The position numbers and the translations under genes were made by a program. From Basidioascus undulatus (taxonomy: Eukaryota), in contig JTLS01000092.1 in NCBI GenBank assembly GCA_000826855.1, positions 1-32,347 on the forward strand: a stretch of 32,347 nt of DNA, read 5' to 3'. Below, one piece after another: positions 26,801 through 32,347 of the stretch; position 1 is the stretch's first letter; each line of letters begins with the position of its first letter. The notes under the pieces are model-generated. The model saw only the letters and a list, made by a program, of their open reading frames with translations. It ran no database searches and was not told the DNA's origin.

Positions 26801-27123
26801 GGAAGCCTTTCAATTGGAACATATCGGGAATCGCACAGAAGCCCCACAGGCACTGGGTCCCTTCCTCAGAGACCACACCAGTCCTCGGTGGTCGAATCAT
26901 TTGAAGCTGCAGCTGGATCTCGGAAGGCTTCGGGCCTCACAGCTTGTCGACAGACGCACCGCACCCACCTGTTCATCGACTGTAGCCGGAGGCAGTTATG
27001 TGCCAAAAGAGACCGTGACGGTATTGGGCCGGTTGGATGCTTGTGGGTGCGGGAGACAAAGGGTCCCCCAAGGAGCACGGGCACATGAGAAGGAGCCGCA
27101 TGGGGTTGAGGATTAAACTATTA

Positions 27124-27195
27124 TTCCCCGTCCGGGAATCGAACCCGGGGCTGGGCGGTGAGAACACCCGATGTTAGCCACTACACCAACGAGGA
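27124..27195 (-). tRNA. tRNA-Glu (anticodon CTC), intronless
   Basis: Full cloverleaf: acceptor TCCTCGT/ACGGGGA, D arm GTGT-AGTGGCTA-ACAT, anticodon arm GGGTG-TTCTCAC-CGCCC, T arm CCGGG-TTCGATT-CCCGG. Confidence 0.97.
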
Positions 27196-27504
27196 GATTA
27201 GCTGCACTTGAGAGCTTATCAACCCAGTCGTGCTAGGCAATATCAGCGACGTCTCCGAGAGGAACTCTGATCCTGTAAGTAACGGTGGAGCCCGTTTTAT
27301 GCCTTGCATCCAACCGAATTCCCGGAAGGCTCACAGAAAACCTACACGCACAGCGAGTGACTGCACGCAGCGCCGCACAGAGGTCCACGGTCCTCGCTCC
27401 CCTCCCATCCGGCATCTTGACTCTCATTTCTTATTGTGACCTCGCTGCGAGTCGTGCTTCAAGTTTTCCTCATGAACAGGGAGAATATCCTTGGCGCCTT
27501 ACGC

Positions 27505-27861
27505 AACCAGTGTGACCAATGCGGTGCGTTGCATCCTGAACACCCTTCAAGTTGCCCAAGCACAAGCGCACAACTTGCGCTTCCCAATGTGAATATGAAT
27601 GACGAAAAGTTCCATTTTTACCGACATATCAATTGTACATCAGATTACATGGTCGTTGGAGTACTTGAGGAACCCAACAGAGCGAGCTTTTTCGCGTTCG
27701 TCGCAGCTGGAGGCACACCGTTGCTCATCGCCGTCTGCAAGTCCAGCCCCTTCTGGCTCCCAAGTGGAACCCATCGGACACAACTTTGCTCCAGTTTAAG
27801 CGACTGCAAATATCCGGTCTGACAATGTATTGGGGAACGTCTAGGCTCGCCATCGCTGCCG
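27505..27861 (-). repeat. Diverged copy 2 of the RPL37 ATG/intron-1 region; degenerate direct repeat of 26340-26715
   Basis: CTCGCCATCGCTGCCG is identical at 27846-27861 and 16060-16075. It shares TGTGACCAATGCGGT, ACCGTTGCTCA, AGTCCAGCC and TCTGGCTCCC in order with copy 1. Confidence 0.75.
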
Positions 27862-28149
27862 TCGGCGTCGCGCTCGTCCGTTTCTTTATGCGTGACAAGA
27901 AACCCCCAGCAGAAGACTGCTGCGAGACCGCAAAGCATCCTCTCAGTAATCCAAGCCGATTATAGAAGCTGAACTCTTGCCTCCTGGGTGCAATGGCTTC
28001 AGAGCGTCACGACCGCGTGCGCGAGGGAGCATATCACTTTTCATCGACGGTAGTGATGCGGTTATAGTTTGAGCGGAATCCACGTTACCTGACCATCTGA
28101 GCTTCCGAAAAATGCAAGATAAATGGGTTGCTAAGCAGTGACAGTCAAT

Positions 28150-28614
28150 GTCACATTGCTCTGTTGAGGATGGTGTTCTGTGTCGCGAGCGCGTGAAGCG
28201 TAGAAGGTCCTACGATGTCGTCGAGGGTCGCGTGTGGGATTTGGCGGGTGAACGTTAGCAGGTAGGGCGTGCACGTTCGATCGAGGTATCCCCCTCAATG
28301 TCGTACTCTGTACAGGAAGACATGAGGCTCTTGCCCCATCAAGGTGAGCTGGACAAGGAGATAATTGAAAGCTTCGACGGCCCTCGAACCGCTCAGAGTG
28401 ATCCAGTGGTACCGATGCCGCTCTGATACCAGCTACAAGGAGGTGCAGTATGCCTCAGCTACCCCTAGTAAGAAGTTTTTAGGGAAGATTGCGATTTACG
28501 TTTTAGAAGCGGTATATTAGCGCGATGCTCGCGCCCGCGTTGTATCTGCTTCTGTCGCCGATGGCGAGCTAAAAAACGCGACCATATCTCAGTGGGGAGA
28601 GCGGGACTGCGCAT
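28150..28614 (-). pseudogene. F-box protein pseudogene (3' extent uncertain)
   Basis: ATG at 28614: MRSPALPTEIWSRF-(frameshift in a T run)-LAIGDRSRYNAGASIALIYRF*N, then intron 28499-28433, then exon 28432-28307 LVSERHRYHWITLSGSRAVEAFNYLL. This fits the LPxEIW..IF..LxLVCRxW..LY..I.L pattern of fungal F-box proteins. TAA at 28503-28505 sits at the expected Trp. Confidence 0.65.
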
Positions 28615-29486
28615 TTTCTGCTGAGTTCGAGCGTCGAGCAAGTGTGATAGGAGGAAGGAAAATGTCAGGCGGTGGTGGTGGTGATGATGATGGTCGGATG
28701 GTCAAGAATGTCGCATTGGGCGGCATTCGGAGGCGGACCGTTGCCACACAACATGCACAGAACGTGGGCTTCCTCAGCCTTGTCTCAGCCCTTGCTGCTT
28801 TCTAGTTCGTAAGCACATGAAGACCATCATCTCTCTGGCCAAGAGCTACACGGAAAACGGCGTATTGCATTACCCAACTTCGCAGCTACAACCGGCAGCA
28901 ATGCAACGTTTCGCTTGCCATATCGTCGATCCGCTGATTTTCAGTTTGTGTAATCCATTGATGCAGATCAGCGCTCCCTTTACCGGTTACCTACTTTGTT
29001 CCTACCCGGCCTGAAAGACTGGGTATTGCGGCAAAAAAGCTCGCGCTGCGAAGGTTGCGCATTGCTCTCGGCTCGTGTCCGTGTTTGAGCTTGCGGAGCA
29101 ACTGTGTTGGTGGGCAAGACCTGTTCACAATCAGGAGAACGCGGTACTGCTAGCCGTTCCCAGATGGGTCCGCAACTGAACGCGCAACGGCTAAGTAAGA
29201 GCGGCATGGCAGACGTGCGGTTCTACTCGCACAGCCTCCTGCGCACTCACTCATTCCTCTCGTCGCACTCACTTAATCATCACCATCTATCAAGCCGTCC
29301 ACCGTCCATTCCATTCCTTCCAACTTTCCCTTCACCTCCCCGTGTTCCCACCTCCCACTCCCCACAACAGCACACCACAGCGCGGCGCCTGCGCCCCCTC
29401 TTCTCCTCTCCTCCTCCCACACTCCACCTTCCAGATCGACGATCGACAGCCCAACCCAACCCTAAGGCAGGCAGGCGCGACCCCGC

Positions 29487-31126
29487 CTACCAGATGAAGG
29501 GCACGAGCCTCCTCCGGTGCTTGGGGTACTTGTCGCCAAACTCGCGCTTGTACGCGCGGTGCTTCTTGTCGGCCCACTTGGCCATCGTTACAGCGCTGAC
29601 GACGAGGAAGACGGCGACTGCACACCCAACGCGAACCCATCAGCGACTTCCTTTTCTCACTGGTTCTGAGGGGAAGGAGAAAGGAAGGAAGGAACGCGGA
29701 GGGAGAGGGAGAGGGCGAGACGACCCACCGGCCCACGACCCCGACAGCGCCAGCATAGCCGACCAGCCGAGGATCTCGAACAGGTAGTTCGGGCACGAGA
29801 CGAGGCCGAAGCCGTACCCGCGCGGGATCCCGCGCTGCGTCGTTCCCTCCGGGCGGAGGTCGCGCAGCGTCGTGTGCGTGTCGAAGTTGGAGAATTGCGC
29901 GAACTGCGGAGAGGCGAGGTCAGCCGAGCCGTCGGTCAGTTCAGCCGTCCGGAATGAGAAGGGGGAAGAGGGAGGACAGAGGAGGAGGAAAGGGGAATGT
30001 GGGAAAGGGAAGGGAAGGGGAAGGGGAAAGGGACGGGGAGGGGAAGGGATGGGGGAAGGGGTGGCGAGAGGGGACGCACGAGCCAAACAGCGACGCAGCA
30101 CCAGAGGTAGAACTGATCGTCCCTGAGCGAGCCGGCGAGGTGCGGCGCAGAGTACCACGGCCCGTAGAGCGCGAGGGCGATGAGCAGGCCGGAGAGGAGC
30201 CAGTAGTGCGCGGAGCTGTTCCCCATCGGCTCGCATTAGTGCGGGAAACACGGAGAGCAGAGAAGGGGGGGGACGTGCTTCCGGAAGATGTTGCGGAAGG
30301 GCATGGTGGAGCTGGAGAAGCGGTGGACGCTGCGTGTCGGGAAGACGGTCAGGGACGAGGGGAGGGAGGAGGATGGGGTGAGGAGGCCGCACAAGAGCGT
30401 CTCGAGCTCGCGCTTTACGAAGTGCGCCATGACGAGGGCGTATGCCGCACTGTGTACCCCGCGGTGTCAGGTGGGAAGGAGGGTGGGAGGAGGGGGGAAG
30501 GAGAGAAAGAAGCACGTCTGCATATGCGAGTGCTCAAACTCGCGGCGGTAGATGGTCGGGCCAAAGTGGTAGAAGATGGGGTGGATGAGGAGCGGGCCGA
30601 GCTGGAGCGTTTGCGGGTTGGGTAAGTACGCAGGGGAAGGGGGAGGAAGTGGGAGGAAGTGGGAGGAAGTGGGAAGAGGACGGGAGGTGGATGGGGATGC
30701 AGACGCACGTATTCGACGAGGAAGACCACGCGCCAGCTGACTTGCGGGCCGAGGTCCTTGACATACACGTCGTCGCCGTCGCGCACGCCGAGGCTCGCGA
30801 GCGTCGCAGCGTGGGGGATAAGCGGCTTCTTGTCTGCGGTCGTGAGGCGCTGGCGGTCGGGGTAGAGCTGCCCGTCCATCGAGAACACTCATCAGCTTCA
30901 TTTGCCTATCCTACTAAGGATATCCAAGCACACAATAACAGAGAGAGGGGTAAAAGAGAAAGAGAAGCAGAGGAAGGAAGATACGCACCTTCCTCACGTT
31001 CCCATACACGGCCTTCTTGACATCCAGCACGGTCAGGTCCTCCGCCTTCTTCTTGTCAAACGCGAGCTTGAGGGGGAAGTTGCGCGACGGCTTGGACGAC
31101 CGCGAGTGCACCGTGAGCTGCACCAT
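29487..31126 (-). CDS. TSC13: Very-long-chain enoyl-CoA reductase (ubiquitin-like N-domain plus steroid 5-alpha-reductase domain)
   Basis: Motifs VKDLGPQVSWRVVFLVEY|LGPLLIHP, HFVKRELETLF|VHRFSSSTMPFRNIFRN|SAHYW, SNFDTHTTLRDLRPEGT..IPRGYGFGLVSCPNYLFEILGW, WADKKHRAYKREFGDKYPKHRRRLVPFIW*. Confidence 0.95.
29955..30070 (+). repeat. Polypurine (GGGAA-like) low-complexity tract inside a TSC13 intron
   Basis: Almost purely G/A with more than ten G-runs of at least 3. Confidence 0.85.
30641..30674 (+). repeat. 10-bp tandem repeat GGGAGGAAGT x3.4 in a TSC13 intron
   Basis: Three exact copies at 30641, 30651 and 30661, plus a partial fourth. Confidence 0.9.
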
Positions 31127-31679
31127 CGTTTGTTGGGGGACGAGGTGGAGTGGTGGACGGGAAAGGTGAAATGCAGAACGTGCGACGCCGACGCGTCGAG
31201 GGTCGGCGCAGGGTGCGCGGGTGGGCCGGAAGGGCGGGGTGATGAAATGCAAGCGTCGGCGTATTGTCGACTACCTCGCTGCGTCAAGTCCTTCCGTTCC
31301 TTTTCTCCATGAGATGTTTGTCCGTCTGGAAAGAAGCCGACCCAAACATGTTACAATGTGATATACATGCTCCCCAGTGGCCTCAGTGGCCTCAGCAGAG
31401 AAATTTCAGACTTTGACAGATGATTGACAGGGAACGTGCGTGCGGGCCTTCTCGCCTTTCGTCACCGCCTGTGATTGCGTCCACCTCGTCCGGGGTCTCG
31501 ACCTCGAGCCCTTCTCTATGGAAGGGGCATTCGAACGACCATGATGACCATCTCCACAACGCTCAGCGATCCAACATCGACTTGAGCATCTCTCTTTCCC
31601 CCAGCAACCTGTGAATCGCCTACACAGAGTAGAGCGCACCCGCCGGACAGCACCTGAGCCGGCACACCCGACGACTGCC

Positions 31680-32347
31680 ATGTCCCCGTCCCCGTCCTCG
31701 TCCTCCCTGAGCAACAGCAGCACCCCCCGCTCCGGACCCGGACCTCGCGGCATGCCCCCCAAGCCGATCCACCCGCTCCCGCAGTACGCGCCCTACACGC
31801 GCTCCACCTCCCGCCTTCCCGCCGCACAGCGCACAGCCCAGCCCGCGCCTTCCTCGCCCCTCGCCGTGCCCGCCTCCCTTCGCCCCGCGCCCCCACCCCC
31901 GCCTCCTTCCCTGCACTCCCGGCACTACTCCCAGAACCATCACCCCCAGCAGCAAGACGAGCAGCAGCCCCAGTCGCACTTCGCGCGCCTCGCCTCGAGC
32001 CGGCTCGGACAGAAGGCGAGCGGCCTCTGGTCGTCCACGCATACGTACCTCGCCTCCAAGGACTACAGCGCGACCGCGGTCGCGCGCGACCTGTACTCCG
32101 CCGCGCAGGGGAAGCTCGACGGCGGGAGCGGGGGAGCGGACGCATACAGCACGGGGAGCGGGGGGAAGGACAAGTGGAGCAGGGAGCGCCGGGCGCGCAG
32201 GAAGGCAGAGGAGATCGGGCAGGAGACCATCACTGTCTTCCCGGGGTGGGCGGTCACCCGTGCGCGAGGGGAGGGGTCCCGCTCCCTAGGGAGGTGGCTG
32301 AAGGATAAGGAGAAGCAGAAAGCTGAACATGGTGCGTCTCGCCCCTC
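31680..32347 (+). CDS. 5' part of a gene, probably App1-like phosphatidate phosphatase/actin-patch protein (runs off the window)
   Basis: Open frame from ATG 31680 with a Pro/Ser-rich N-terminus and ETITVFPGWAVTR, which resembles the LFPGWA/LFPSYA motif I recall from fungal App1 N-termini. A GTGCGT donor follows at ~32332. The catalytic domain is not in the window. Confidence 0.55.
   Translation, partial: MSPSPSSSSLSNSSTPRSGPGPRGMPPKPIHPLPQYAPYTRSTSRLPAAQRTAQPAPSSPLAVPASLRPAPPPPPPSLHSRHYSQNHHPQQQDEQQPQSHFARLASSRLGQKASGLWSSTHTYLASKDYSATAVARDLYSAAQGKLDGGSGGADAYSTGSGGKDKWSRERRARRKAEEIGQETITVFPGWAVTRARGEGSRSLGRWLKDKEKQKAEHGASRP

Noticed and set aside
28420..28431. TGGTATCAGAGC on the minus strand, identical to a common tRNA-Met primer-binding site of LTR retrotransposons
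   Set aside because: No adjacent LTR end (..CA), second LTR or gag/pol remnant is visible. The 12-mer sits right after a splice acceptor and reads as LVSE in the F-box relic.
28817..29207. Short ORF MKTIISLAKSYTENG and nearby splice-like signals
   Set aside because: I could not assemble a coherent gene or recognise a family.

Overview
Eukaryotic, GC-rich, intron-dense fungal DNA, most likely basidiomycete (inferred from ~55-70 nt introns, GTGCGT/GTACGT/GTGAGT donors and GCTGAC branch points). The raw ORF track is mostly misleading, so genes were reconstructed by manual splicing. Apparently intact genes: an SPX-domain phosphate transporter (PHO87/90/91 family), enolase-phosphatase E1, acetoacetyl-CoA synthetase, RPL37, a Sir2 deacetylase with three C-terminal AT-hooks, an EngB/YihA GTPase, a P-loop kinase-like protein with an RGG tail, ubiquitin-eS31, TSC13 and tRNA-Glu(CTC), plus partial genes at both ends. 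Between them lie several relics: an Rds1/ferritin-like pseudogene, a GH13 alpha-glucosidase pseudogene with an internal ~240 bp inversion bounded by 6-bp inverted microhomology, an F-box pseudogene, and two diverged copies of the RPL37 5' UTR/ATG/first intron flanking the tRNA. The best candidate for an undescribed system is RPL37 intron 1. It is a GC-AG intron that can base-pair over its own AUG and 5' splice site, and its internal motifs recur in the two orphan copies while the coding exons do not. All family assignments come from motif recognition; no searches were run.
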